A stretch of DNA of 64,000 bases from an uncultured Oligoflexia bacterium (GCA_913058265.1 CAJXPQ010000007.1:113933-177932); one strand, 5' to 3'. Shown: positions 47,520 to 56,828, counted from the stretch's first letter. Translations and numbers: made by a program. The notes: generated by a model not told the origin, from the sequence alone.

Positions 47520-48092
47520 ATGGAACGAAGTGTAAACCTTATATTCTTAAACAAAATCCGCCTATATTGTATAAAAGGTGCGCTACTCATGTTCCTAGTA
47601 GGTCTAACAGGTCATTCAAGCGCTAAGGTTGATCCAAAGAATTATGACTTCTCTTTAGACAAATTTGAAATCTTCAAACCCGACTCAACCTTAAAGATAA
47701 TTCAGGCCAAATACCCTAAGGGCGTGGTGGCCTTTAAAAAGGGTCGACTCATTACTTACAAATATTATGTTGAGCACCTTAGATACAAATTTCCCGTCTT
47801 TGTTCAGTTTAAAGAAAATAAGGTTCTGGATTTTTATGCCAAACTTCCCTCTTATTTTTTACATAATATTTTTCATCAATCACTGATTAATCGCATAGGA
47901 AAGCAGGACAGTTTTAAAAGAGTTGAAGAGCAAGCTATTTATGTTTGGAAAAATAAAGACGGCAAAAGGCATATATACTTTGGTTCATGTACTATTACAT
48001 GTTTTCCGGTTTATTACTCCGTACAAAATATAAAAGAAAAAAATTACGAGACTCTTATTCAAAAATTTTCTAACTTTGAAGCTAAAGACTAG
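47520..48092 (+). CDS. Secreted protein, hypothetical
   Basis: A hydrophobic N-terminus ends in ...GHSSA. No family was recognised. Confidence 0.45.
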   Translation: MERSVNLIFLNKIRLYCIKGALLMFLVGLTGHSSAKVDPKNYDFSLDKFEIFKPDSTLKIIQAKYPKGVVAFKKGRLITYKYYVEHLRYKFPVFVQFKENKVLDFYAKLPSYFLHNIFHQSLINRIGKQDSFKRVEEQAIYVWKNKDGKRHIYFGSCTITCFPVYYSVQNIKEKNYETLIQKFSNFEAKD

Positions 48093-48889
48093 CTGGCTTC
48101 AGCATCATCGAATCTTGGCTTAAAGTTCTTTTCTGGATAAATAAAACCTGTAGCATACTGACAAAGATCTAATATGGTATTTCTAAGGGCGAATTCAAGA
48201 CCTGTATAGGATATATGGGTTGTATTCATCGTCAGAAAGCTTAGTAACTCTTCTTTAGACATTCGCTTCATTTCATTTCTAAGTATTGGGTCAAGTCTTA
48301 AGATTTGTAAATCAGAACTCAATGTTACGACACCATCATAAGTTATGAGAACATTCTTTTCTAAATCCACCAAGAATGACTCGTAGCTTGCCTCTTTTGG
48401 TGACATGACAACAAATCCTTCATCAACTGGAACTCCCCAGAATCCTACAATGCCTTGGCCTGCAAGAGCGAAGCTTAAAAATCTTGTGAGAATAACTCTT
48501 AAGGCGCTTTCATTATCTGTGGCCCTAAGCCCTAATTCCCAAAGATAATTTCCATCTCCAAGAATCATCATTCCTACATTTTTATATCTATAGACGCTAT
48601 AATTTCCCATCTGAGAAATACTCTCTGGCCCATAACTACCAAAACTATGATCGCTGCGATTAATTTGCTTACTTACTCTGGCGTTAGCACTTGTTACTTT
48701 TAAAACTTTTGTAAGTTGAGGTTGAAACGATATCGACTTCACCTCGTCTCTTTCAATTTTATCAAAGCCCATTAATTCAAGAGTGCTTACTAGGCCGTTC
48801 TCAAATTCAAAGTCCTCAAAGCGTAAATAGACTTGGTAGCCTAAATCTTTTTTGAATTGATAGTAACTAAATTTTTTATCGTCAGACAT
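48089..48889 (-). CDS. Hypothetical cytoplasmic protein
   Basis: This 266-aa protein has no signal peptide and no recognised motif. It overlaps the convergent upstream ORF by 4 nt. Confidence 0.5.
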   Translation of the reverse strand: MSDDKKFSYYQFKKDLGYQVYLRFEDFEFENGLVSTLELMGFDKIERDEVKSISFQPQLTKVLKVTSANARVSKQINRSDHSFGSYGPESISQMGNYSVYRYKNVGMMILGDGNYLWELGLRATDNESALRVILTRFLSFALAGQGIVGFWGVPVDEGFVVMSPKEASYESFLVDLEKNVLITYDGVVTLSSDLQILRLDPILRNEMKRMSKEELLSFLTMNTTHISYTGLEFALRNTILDLCQYATGFIYPEKNFKPRFDDAEAS

Positions 48890-48988
48890 AAATTATCCTT
48901 AAACGACTGTTCTTTCTCATACTTAATACTGATCGACCTTTTAAGGATTATGCTTTAGAATAATTAGTAAATATGGAGCAATAGAATT

Positions 48989-50200
48989 ATGAAATTTTCC
49001 TTTATTTTAGTCGTCCTTACATTTACCATAGTGCCCAACTCGGGTATAGCCAATAAACCAATCGAATTTGATAAGAAAGCGTTTATAGAAGTGCAAAGAA
49101 GTCAGGTAAGAGTTTCAGATCTAGCGCAAGAATTGGGTGAAGAATCTGACTCTGAAGTACAACAAACGGCCTATGGCCAGGTGGGATTTGATATCAATTT
49201 GTGGGGACACTCCATTGATTCAAATATCTTTTTCCGCCAGACCCAATCATATCTTCTAGAAAATGAATCTAACGTTACCAATTACTCTCTCTATCCCAAA
49301 AGAACTATTGCAAGAGATCTTTTCAAAATGGAGCATATCAATGAGACGGGGGAAGATAGAAGTGAGCTCGTTTTAAATGAATTCAGCTATGACTGGGGTG
49401 ACGATGAAGTTTGGTTTACTTTCGGAAGAATGCATATCGTTTATGGTGAAGGTGTTTTTTCAAACCCCATTAATCCTTTTAATTATAGTTCAGGCTTTGC
49501 CAACACTTACGGTATAAATCTAGCAAATGATGGTATGGAGTTTTTAATTGGAAAAAAAGACGATCTTAAACTACATATCTATCTTTTGGCGGATAGGTCC
49601 TTTAATAATTATGAAGATGAAAAGGTCGCAAGAACAATATTCTTAAGAGGTGAATGGGCAGTAAACCCGGCAACAAATATAAATTACGTTCTAGGTGAAG
49701 ACCAAAAGCGCCACAAGTATGGGGTTGAAGTTAGTAGAAAAATTACAGAACAGAGAAAAGGCTATTTGCAATTAGTGCGCTACTCACAAAGGTTAGATAA
49801 AGAAGAAGTCTACGCCAAGGGGCTAACACATTTCCTGCTAGGTTATCAGTTAGAACCAAACACTCGGCAAGCCTTTACAATTGAGTTTGGGAAGCAACAA
49901 AGGAATACTTTGGATCAAAGCTACGACCCTATAAATCATTTACCATTTGAAGGCTTTGCGGCGATTAGCTCACGGCTCAGTCATAGTGATAAATGGAGCT
50001 CTGAGTTAGGTTTTACTCAAGACACTGATTCTGACTATAGATTTTATAAAGTTTCAACGACTTATGATCTTGGAAAGTTCAATAATATTAGACTCTTTCA
50101 TACTGGGCCTTTGACAACTAGCACTAGCGAAGATCTAGACTACACGTCACAGCGCTATATCCCCACTGAAACAGGGATTGCCGTCAGGGCGCATTTCTAA
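48989..50200 (+). CDS. Outer-membrane beta-barrel protein, hypothetical (alginate-export/DUF1302-like pattern)
   Basis: A signal peptide is followed by the motif FTFGRMHIVYGEGVFSNPINPFN, which resembles the GRq.i.wG.g...p.d.f pattern. The C-terminus is ...AVRAHF. Confidence 0.5.
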   Translation: MKFSFILVVLTFTIVPNSGIANKPIEFDKKAFIEVQRSQVRVSDLAQELGEESDSEVQQTAYGQVGFDINLWGHSIDSNIFFRQTQSYLLENESNVTNYSLYPKRTIARDLFKMEHINETGEDRSELVLNEFSYDWGDDEVWFTFGRMHIVYGEGVFSNPINPFNYSSGFANTYGINLANDGMEFLIGKKDDLKLHIYLLADRSFNNYEDEKVARTIFLRGEWAVNPATNINYVLGEDQKRHKYGVEVSRKITEQRKGYLQLVRYSQRLDKEEVYAKGLTHFLLGYQLEPNTRQAFTIEFGKQQRNTLDQSYDPINHLPFEGFAAISSRLSHSDKWSSELGFTQDTDSDYRFYKVSTTYDLGKFNNIRLFHTGPLTTSTSEDLDYTSQRYIPTETGIAVRAHF

Positions 50201-50219
50201 ACAATTCTCTTATTTATCA

Positions 50220-50248
50220 TTGACATATAACCCTCAAGGCCATAAAAA
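50220..50248 (+). promoter_or_regulatory. Candidate sigma70 promoter of the rplU operon
   Basis: TTGACA (50220-50225), a 17-nt spacer, then TAAAAA (50243-50248). Confidence 0.35.
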
Positions 50249-50332
50249 CTAGAGTTCATTATATGATCTAGAATCTAGGGGTGAAAAGCAGAGCTTTTGC
50301 TCTCTCCTAGCTAGGCAGTTTAAGGAGAAAAT

Positions 50333-50638
50333 ATGTACGGTGTAGTAGAAATTAAAGGTCATCAGTACCGAGTTAAAGAGGGTGATGTCGTTGACGTTCA
50401 AAGAATGGATGCGGAAGTTGGTTCAAAAGTAGAACTAGATCAAGTTCTTTTTATTGGTGGAGATGCTCCAAAAGTTGGAACTCCAACAGTAAGTGGTGCA
50501 GTTGTTACAGCTGAAGTTGTAAGACAAGCAAGATCAAGAAAAATAATTATCATGAAAAGAAGTCCAGGTAAGTACAGAAAGAAAAATGGACATAGACAAC
50601 ATTACACAGCTTTAAAAATCACTGGAATTAAAGCTTAA
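50333..50638 (+). CDS. rplU: 50S ribosomal protein L21
   Basis: MYGVVEIKGHQYRVKEGD is a typical L21 N-terminus, and AAGGAGA lies upstream of the ATG. Confidence 0.97.
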   Translation: MYGVVEIKGHQYRVKEGDVVDVQRMDAEVGSKVELDQVLFIGGDAPKVGTPTVSGAVVTAEVVRQARSRKIIIMKRSPGKYRKKNGHRQHYTALKITGIKA

Positions 50639-50664
50639 TTAAAAGAAGAAGTTAGGAGAAATAT

Positions 50665-50919
50665 ATGGCTCACAAGAAATCAGGTGGTAGTACAAGTAAC
50701 GGTCGTGACTCTAACCCTAAAATGAGAGGTGTTAAGAAGTACGGTGGTGAAGTAGTTATCAACGGTAATATTATCGTTCGTCAAAAAGGAACTAAATTCC
50801 ACGCTGGACCAGGTGTAAAAATGGGTAGAGATTTTACTCTTTATGCAGTTGCAGACGGAAAAGTTAAATTTGGTCATTATAACAAAAAAATGAAATCAGT
50901 ATCTGTGGTTTCAGCTTAA
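50665..50919 (+). CDS. rpmA: 50S ribosomal protein L27
   Basis: [19 protein letters not shown]...[15 protein letters not shown] matches the L27 signature. Confidence 0.97.
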   Translation: MAHKKSGGSTSNGRDSNPKMRGVKKYGGEVVINGNIIVRQKGTKFHAGPGVKMGRDFTLYAVADGKVKFGHYNKKMKSVSVVSA

Positions 50920-50949
50920 TTAAATAAGTAATTTTTACATTATACGTAA

Positions 50950-50977
50950 GGGAGTCAGACAATGACTCCCTTTTTTT
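50950..50977 (+). terminator. Rho-independent terminator or attenuator between rpmA and obg
   Basis: GGGAGUCA-GACAA-UGACUCCC forms an 8-bp stem followed by UUUUUUU. Confidence 0.8.
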
Positions 50978-50994
50978 ATATATAAAGACTTGAT

Positions 50995-52137
50995 ATGAAA
51001 TTTATTGATGAAGTTAAAATTCAATTAAAGAGTGGAAAAGGTGGCGATGGCCGCGTTGGATTCCGTCGTGAAAAATTTGTTCCCTATGGTGGACCAGATG
51101 GTGGAAACGGCGGGACCGGTGGAAGCATATACTTTGAAGGTGACGAGAATGTAAATACTCTCGTGAAATTCCGTGGAAGAAAAGTTTATCCCGCAGAAGA
51201 CGGAGAAGGCGGATCCGGGGGAGAAATGCACGGTAAAGCTGGCGAAGATTTAATTATCTACGTTCCAGTTGGAACTCTAGTCTTTAAAGATGAGCCGATT
51301 ATCGATGAAGATGCTTACCTCTATGAAGATCAAGACCCAGAAGAAGACGAAAAAGATGACGATAAGAAAAAGAAAGTTGTTTATGTAACTCCCATTTTTC
51401 CAGACTCACAACCAGGTGATTTACTTGTTGATATCACAGAGCACGGACAAAGAGTGCTCATCTCTCAAGGTGGCCGTGGTGGTCTAGGAAATACGAACTT
51501 CAAATCTTCTACTAACCAAGCTCCAAGACATGCACAAAGTGGTGAGCAAGGTGAAATGCTTCCCTTAAAGCTTGAGCTGAAGCTTATTGCAGACATAGCT
51601 CTGGTAGGTCTCCCAAATGCTGGAAAATCTACACTTATTGCGACTATATCATCGGCCAAACCTAAAATTGCAGACTATCCCTTCACAACTTTAACTCCCA
51701 ACCTTGGAGTTGTTAAGGTTGATCAGGATGACTCTATTGTTGTAGCAGATATTCCTGGATTAATTGAAGACGCAGCTGAAGGAAAGGGCCTTGGTATTCA
51801 ATTCTTAAAGCATATTGAAAGAACCTCTGCCCTAGTCCACCTCATTGACTGCTCAATGCTGCTAGAGCCTGCAGAAGCAATAGAAGACTATGCAACCGTA
51901 AGAGCGGAGCTTTTAAAATACTCAGATCGAATTGCCAAGAAACCTGAAATTATCTGCCTAACTAAGACAGATGCTATGACAGAGGAAGAGATTGATCGCT
52001 TTCAAGCTGAAATGGAAAACCAAACCGATAAAAAGGTTCTTGTCATCTCAAGTGTGACTGGCAAGAACCTTGATATATTGAAAAGACTTATGCTAAAGAC
52101 TAAGCAACAAAGATTAAAAGAGGAATCTAATGAGTAA
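50995..52137 (+). CDS. obg: GTPase Obg/CgtA, with a ~40-aa charged insertion in the Obg fold
   Basis: The Gly-rich N-domain reads GGDGRVGFRREKF and GGPDGGNGGTGG. GTPase motifs are G1 GLPNAGKST, G3 DIPGLIE and G4 TKTD. Confidence 0.95.
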   Translation: MKFIDEVKIQLKSGKGGDGRVGFRREKFVPYGGPDGGNGGTGGSIYFEGDENVNTLVKFRGRKVYPAEDGEGGSGGEMHGKAGEDLIIYVPVGTLVFKDEPIIDEDAYLYEDQDPEEDEKDDDKKKKVVYVTPIFPDSQPGDLLVDITEHGQRVLISQGGRGGLGNTNFKSSTNQAPRHAQSGEQGEMLPLKLELKLIADIALVGLPNAGKSTLIATISSAKPKIADYPFTTLTPNLGVVKVDQDDSIVVADIPGLIEDAAEGKGLGIQFLKHIERTSALVHLIDCSMLLEPAEAIEDYATVRAELLKYSDRIAKKPEIICLTKTDAMTEEEIDRFQAEMENQTDKKVLVISSVTGKNLDILKRLMLKTKQQRLKEESNE

Positions 52138-52588
52138 TCCATACGTACAAAAAGAAGTAAAAAAAGTTCTTGATAGCGCTGAGTATCCAACTAATATGGC
52201 CTTAGCAGCAGCTTGGATTGTGGCCCACTTTAAGGGTGTAAACATTAAGATTTATGATACAAAAGATCAAAGTTCGCTTTGTGACTTTAATATTATTGCA
52301 TCAGCAGAGAATACGACTCAAGCGAAATCAATGATCGATGAAATCATGTTTAATCTTAAGCAGAGTGGTGCTGATGTTCTTTCACTTGAAGGTTTAGCGG
52401 ATGGTGAGTGGATTCTCCTTGATATCGGAGATGTTATTGTTCATATTTTTCAAGATGTCTCGCGAGAGGTTTTTGACCTTGATAGCCTATGGCATGAATG
52501 TGATCAAGTAGAAATTCCTCAAGAATACTACTTCGGTGCACCAGAAGAAGCCGCCAAAGAAAAAGATACCACTGAAAACTACTTCTAA
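52130..52588 (+). CDS. rsfS: Ribosome silencing factor RsfS (iojap)
   Basis: DFNIIASAENTTQAKSM...EGLADGEWILLDIGDVIVHIFQ...REVFDLDSLW matches the RsfS pattern. The start overlaps the obg stop by 8 nt. Confidence 0.85.
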   Translation: MSNPYVQKEVKKVLDSAEYPTNMALAAAWIVAHFKGVNIKIYDTKDQSSLCDFNIIASAENTTQAKSMIDEIMFNLKQSGADVLSLEGLADGEWILLDIGDVIVHIFQDVSREVFDLDSLWHECDQVEIPQEYYFGAPEEAAKEKDTTENYF

Positions 52589-52600
52589 CCTCTATAGTTA

Positions 52601-53053
52601 ATGGCAAGTCTTCATCTTATTTGTGTTGGAAAACTTAAAGACAAAAGTCTTGAGAATATAGAACACGATTATTTGAAGCGTATTAAGAATCCCGAACTCA
52701 AAATCCATGAAGTTAAAGCAAAAGCAGAAAACAAAGATCTCGAAGCAAAAGAAATACTAAAAAAAATAAACTCTATTAGCACTAACTCATTCATTGTCGT
52801 TCTCACAGAGTTTGGAACAGAGTATGGCAGTCCTCAATTTTCAAAGTGGTTATATACAAATTTAGAAAATGGTAAGGATATTGCTCTAGTTATTTGCGGA
52901 GCCGAAGGTCCAGGCGATGAATTACTGCATGCAAGTCATGCAAAACTATCTCTAAGCCAACTCACCTACCCACACAAGCTTGCGAGAGTTCTTCTTATTG
53001 AGCAACTATACCGCGCTAAGACCATTCATGAAGGTCACCCCTATCATAATTAG
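52601..53053 (+). CDS. rlmH: 23S rRNA (pseudouridine1915-N3)-methyltransferase
   Basis: The SPOUT pattern is present: ICVGKLKD...LTEFGTEYGSPQFS...VICGAEGP...SLSQLTYPHKLARVLLIEQLYRA. Confidence 0.9.
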   Translation: MASLHLICVGKLKDKSLENIEHDYLKRIKNPELKIHEVKAKAENKDLEAKEILKKINSISTNSFIVVLTEFGTEYGSPQFSKWLYTNLENGKDIALVICGAEGPGDELLHASHAKLSLSQLTYPHKLARVLLIEQLYRAKTIHEGHPYHN

Positions 53054-53412
53054 TTTCTGTTAAAAAAACCTATAGGCCTTTCGTTCTCATCAAATTGAAT
53101 ATTACTTGGGTTAGAAATTATTGAATATCTATTATTAAAAGGACCTGCTTCACACTGATCTCTTTCTGTATATGAGATTGTTCCATTACATCGATAGTAC
53201 ATTTCCAAAAGTTTGCTGAATTCAATACCTTCAAAATGGCTAAGCATTCCTTGTTCTGTATAATAAATTACAGGTGAGTCACCGGTGAATTTTTTAAATT
53301 GTAATTGGTGAAAAGGTAGTCTTAGATGGATAAAGAGTTTATAAAAAAAGCCAGTAATAGATGAAGCTTGGGAGTATAACTTTACAAAGAAGTTAGAAAC
53401 AAAAGGTATCAA
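53050..53412 (-). CDS. Doubtful ORF, hypothetical
   Basis: It has a TTG start and no clear Shine-Dalgarno sequence. It overlaps the rlmH stop by 4 nt (convergent). No family was recognised. Confidence 0.25.
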   Translation of the reverse strand: MIPFVSNFFVKLYSQASSITGFFYKLFIHLRLPFHQLQFKKFTGDSPVIYYTEQGMLSHFEGIEFSKLLEMYYRCNGTISYTERDQCEAGPFNNRYSIISNPSNIQFDENERPIGFFNRN

Positions 53413-53428
53413 AGATTACAGATGTAAA

Positions 53429-53647
53429 GTGATTACAAAAATTTCTGAATACTATGACCAATACAATCAAGATAATGAGTACTGTAATATCTTTATAACC
53501 AATATGTATTATTGGGCACCAATCAGTATGTCTAACCTTGAGAATAAAGAGGTGCACTTAACAGAATGGAGTAACAGATTACTAAGAACTGCTACAAAAG
53601 ATGGATTTTGGTTCTCAAAGAAAATTTATAAGAAGCTTAAAGATTAA
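53429..53647 (+). CDS. Doubtful small ORF, hypothetical
   Basis: It has a GTG start and no clear Shine-Dalgarno sequence. A strong plus-strand terminator follows 14 nt downstream. Confidence 0.3.
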   Translation: MITKISEYYDQYNQDNEYCNIFITNMYYWAPISMSNLENKEVHLTEWSNRLLRTATKDGFWFSKKIYKKLKD

Positions 53648-53660
53648 TAATTCAATTACC

Positions 53661-53689
53661 GGGGGGCTTCAAGCCTCCCTTTTTCTTTT
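53661..53689 (+). terminator. Rho-independent terminator
   Basis: GGGGGGC-UUCAA-GCCUCCC forms a 7-bp stem followed by UUUUUCUUUU. Confidence 0.75.
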
Positions 53690-53735
53690 AAAATAACTCC
53701 TAAAGTGGTATTTTACTAATATAAAAGAGGTTGAT

Positions 53736-55265
53736 ATGTCACTATTTGGAAGTTCAAAACAAGTTTTACTATGCATTTGCGATGGCATGGGATTCTCAGA
53801 GAATACAGACCACAATGCAGTTCGTGATGCCAGCACTCCTAATCTAGATCGTTTTATAGCAGACTACCCTTTCACAACAATTATCCCTGGTGGTGAAGAT
53901 GTAGGATTACCAAAAGGTGTTGCAGGCAACTCAGAAGTAGGCCATATGAATATGGGGGCCGGTCGACCAGTAAGACAAGATCTGGTTAGAATTAATGAGG
54001 CGATTAAACAAGATACTTTTAAAGATTTAGAAAAATTTCGTGAACTTATTTTAGCTGCAAAAAATTCAAGTAAAAAGATTCATCTTTTTACCCTGCTTTC
54101 TGATGGTGGTGTTCACTCCCATATCGATCATTTAAAATCAGTACTCGATCTTTTAAAAACAGAATACGACCTTGAAATTTATCTCCATGCTTTTATGGAC
54201 GGTAGAGATACACAAAAAACAAATGGTATAAAGTATATAAAAGAAATTGAGGAGCATGGTGGTTTTCAATTTGCGAGTATCCAAGGACGCTCTATTGGAA
54301 TGGATAGAGATAGGCGTTGGGAAAAGATTGAACATGCTTATACCGTTATGACTGGGACTGGAAGTAAAACGAATCTTTCTGCAGAAGCCTATATTCAGAA
54401 TGAATATGACAATGATATATACGATGAATTTATTACTCCTGCACTTTTACTAGAGCAAGGAAAAATTGAGTCTGATGACTCCGTTTTCTTTTTAAATTTC
54501 AGACCCGATAGGGCCAAGCAGATAACGCTTGCATTTTGTGATCCAGATTTTTCTAGTTTTAAAAATCAAGTTAACCCTCATTATTTTTTATGTATGTCAC
54601 CATATGTTGATGAAGAATTGCCTCAAGTACCAATTCTCTTTAATAGAGAAAAAGTAAAAGGAACATTATGTGAGCAATTATCAAACCAAGGACTTAAGCA
54701 GTTAAAGATTGCAGAGACTGAAAAATATGCTCATGTAACATACTTCTTCAATGGTGGAGCAGAGAAACCATTCACGGGAGAAGAAAGAATTCTCGTGGAC
54801 TCTCCAAGGGATGTGGCCACTTATGATCTAAAACCCGAGATGAGTGCTCCTAAAGTCTTTGAAGAATTGGCAAAAAAATTAACTGATACCTCTTACTCCT
54901 TGTATGTTGTAAACTTTGCCAATCCAGACATGGTGGGACATACAGGAAACTACCAGGCAGCGATCAAGGCCATGGAGTGTATTGACTCATCTCTAAAGAA
55001 CCTAGAGACAATATGTCTAAAAAATAATATTTCAATGCTTGTAACAGCAGATCATGGAAATTGTGATGAAATGACTCATCCAGATGGAAGTCCTCACACC
55101 TCACATTCAGGAGCAGACGTTCCTTTCATACTAGTCAGTAATGACAAAAAAACAAACTCACCTCAAAAAAGCCAATTTGCCTTAAAAGATATAGCTCCTA
55201 CGATTCTTCACTTGTTGGGTATCGAAAAGAATGATCTAATTACCGGTGAACCAATATTTAAGTAG
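53736..55265 (+). CDS. gpmI: 2,3-bisphosphoglycerate-independent phosphoglycerate mutase
   Basis: The iPGM motifs LCICDGMG, NSEVGHMNMGAGR and TADHGNCDEM are present in a 509-aa protein. Confidence 0.95.
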   Translation: MSLFGSSKQVLLCICDGMGFSENTDHNAVRDASTPNLDRFIADYPFTTIIPGGEDVGLPKGVAGNSEVGHMNMGAGRPVRQDLVRINEAIKQDTFKDLEKFRELILAAKNSSKKIHLFTLLSDGGVHSHIDHLKSVLDLLKTEYDLEIYLHAFMDGRDTQKTNGIKYIKEIEEHGGFQFASIQGRSIGMDRDRRWEKIEHAYTVMTGTGSKTNLSAEAYIQNEYDNDIYDEFITPALLLEQGKIESDDSVFFLNFRPDRAKQITLAFCDPDFSSFKNQVNPHYFLCMSPYVDEELPQVPILFNREKVKGTLCEQLSNQGLKQLKIAETEKYAHVTYFFNGGAEKPFTGEERILVDSPRDVATYDLKPEMSAPKVFEELAKKLTDTSYSLYVVNFANPDMVGHTGNYQAAIKAMECIDSSLKNLETICLKNNISMLVTADHGNCDEMTHPDGSPHTSHSGADVPFILVSNDKKTNSPQKSQFALKDIAPTILHLLGIEKNDLITGEPIFK

Positions 55266-55271
55266 GTATTT

Positions 55272-56258
55272 ATGAATGCAAAAACAAAAATTACTTCTGT
55301 CGCAATTTTAACTTCAGGGGGAGATAGTCCAGGCATGAATTGTGTCATCAGATCAGTTGTAAGAACAGCTATTGGTAATGGCATAAAAGTCTATGGAATA
55401 AATAAAGGCTATGAGGGTCTACTTAATAACGATATGATTGAGATGAACGCATCTTCAGTTGGAAATATCATTCAAAGAGGTGGAACAATACTTCAATCAT
55501 CAAGATGCCCTGAATTCAGAGAGAAACATAATCGAGAAAAAGCTGCACAGATTTTAGAAGACAGAGGTATAAAAGCTCTTATTGTTATAGGTGGTGATGG
55601 ATCTTTTAAAGGAGCAATTGCTCTTAATCAAGAAATGGGTGTTCCAGTGATTGGAATTCCAGGTACGATTGATAATGATATTTCAGGAACCCAGTACACT
55701 ATTGGTTTCGACACTGCTGTCCAGACGGCGATAGAAGCAGTTGATAAAATTAGAGATACCGCCGCTTCTAGTAACAGAACATTCTTTATTGAAGTAATGG
55801 GAGCTAAGTCTTCTTCTATTGCCCTTAAGGTTGGAATCTGTACTGGTGCAGAAAATGTATTACTCTCCGATCAAAAAGTTGATTATCATAAAATAGCTGA
55901 TGCAATACGAAGAGGTATCCGTCGAGGGAAGGGATCATCAATTATAATTGTAGCTGAAGGTGATAAACCTGGACGTAGTTATGATATTGCCCACATTCTT
56001 AAAGACCTTCACGATATTTCCTCTAAAGTTTGTGTTCTAGGCCATATTCAAAGAGGTGGAAGTCCAACTTCCAATGATCGCTTCTTAGGCTCAATGATGG
56101 GACAAATGGCGATAGAAACTCTCATGGAAGGAAATACTCAGAATGCAATTGTGGTTAGAGATGACAGAGTTCAGTCCGTCCCACTTAGTGATTGTTCAGA
56201 GAAGAGTGACCATGCTATGAAAGCCTTCAAAGGTATTGCTGAAGAGTTGTCTATCTAG
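55272..56258 (+). CDS. pfkA: ATP-dependent 6-phosphofructokinase
   Basis: The motifs TSGGDSPGMN, IGGDGSF and GIPGTIDNDI are present. Confidence 0.95.
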   Translation: MNAKTKITSVAILTSGGDSPGMNCVIRSVVRTAIGNGIKVYGINKGYEGLLNNDMIEMNASSVGNIIQRGGTILQSSRCPEFREKHNREKAAQILEDRGIKALIVIGGDGSFKGAIALNQEMGVPVIGIPGTIDNDISGTQYTIGFDTAVQTAIEAVDKIRDTAASSNRTFFIEVMGAKSSSIALKVGICTGAENVLLSDQKVDYHKIADAIRRGIRRGKGSSIIIVAEGDKPGRSYDIAHILKDLHDISSKVCVLGHIQRGGSPTSNDRFLGSMMGQMAIETLMEGNTQNAIVVRDDRVQSVPLSDCSEKSDHAMKAFKGIAEELSI

Positions 56259-56276
56259 TTTATTTTATACGAGTTC

Positions 56277-56828
56277 TTAATTTGTAGAATCACTAAAAAA
56301 ATCTAATTTAAATTTTAACTCTGGTATATGCTCCAGCAGTAAATTTGTATCTATTGAATAGAAGTCATCCATCTGTGCTCCCTCAATTCCAACCAATTTT
56401 AGATTTTCCTTCTCTCCAGATTCAAACTCTTGCTTCATTAGAGATCTTAAATTCTCAGGTGTCTGCATATGGAAAATTTCTCCATTCGTTTTAAGCCATC
56501 CCGAACATAGGCAGTCGTCTAGTTTATTGATGGGGATAAGCCCACAAAGATACCAATAAACTAGGAGGAGTGGAAACTCAAGCCACTTTAAACTATGAAC
56601 GTGTTGATCCTTTAGCTCATTCAGATCAACACAAACTACAAAGCGTCTTAGGGGAACAGAGAGTTTTCGAATACGGGTCAGATAAATAATCTTCTCCTTA
56701 ATATTCTTAGATAGTTTACCTGCTCCATTGATTTCAAGAGAGGGAACACCTTTAGTTGCATAACCAAAGATTGTGACAAATTTAACACCTTGAGGGGTTC
56801 TGTAAAAAGCTTTGACTTGAGTTTCCAT
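56277..56828 (-). CDS. Stand-alone ChlI/YifB N-terminal (Lon-protease-like S5 fold) domain protein
   Basis: GYATKGVPSLEINGAGKLSKNIKEKIIYLTRIRKLSVPLRRFVVCVDLNELK resembles the N-terminal domain of YifB/ComM Mg-chelatase-like proteins. No AAA+ module follows. The ATG at 56828 lies 5 nt after GGAGG, whereas the track start at 56840 is GTG. Confidence 0.5.
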   Translation of the reverse strand: METQVKAFYRTPQGVKFVTIFGYATKGVPSLEINGAGKLSKNIKEKIIYLTRIRKLSVPLRRFVVCVDLNELKDQHVHSLKWLEFPLLLVYWYLCGLIPINKLDDCLCSGWLKTNGEIFHMQTPENLRSLMKQEFESGEKENLKLVGIEGAQMDDFYSIDTNLLLEHIPELKFKLDFFSDSTN

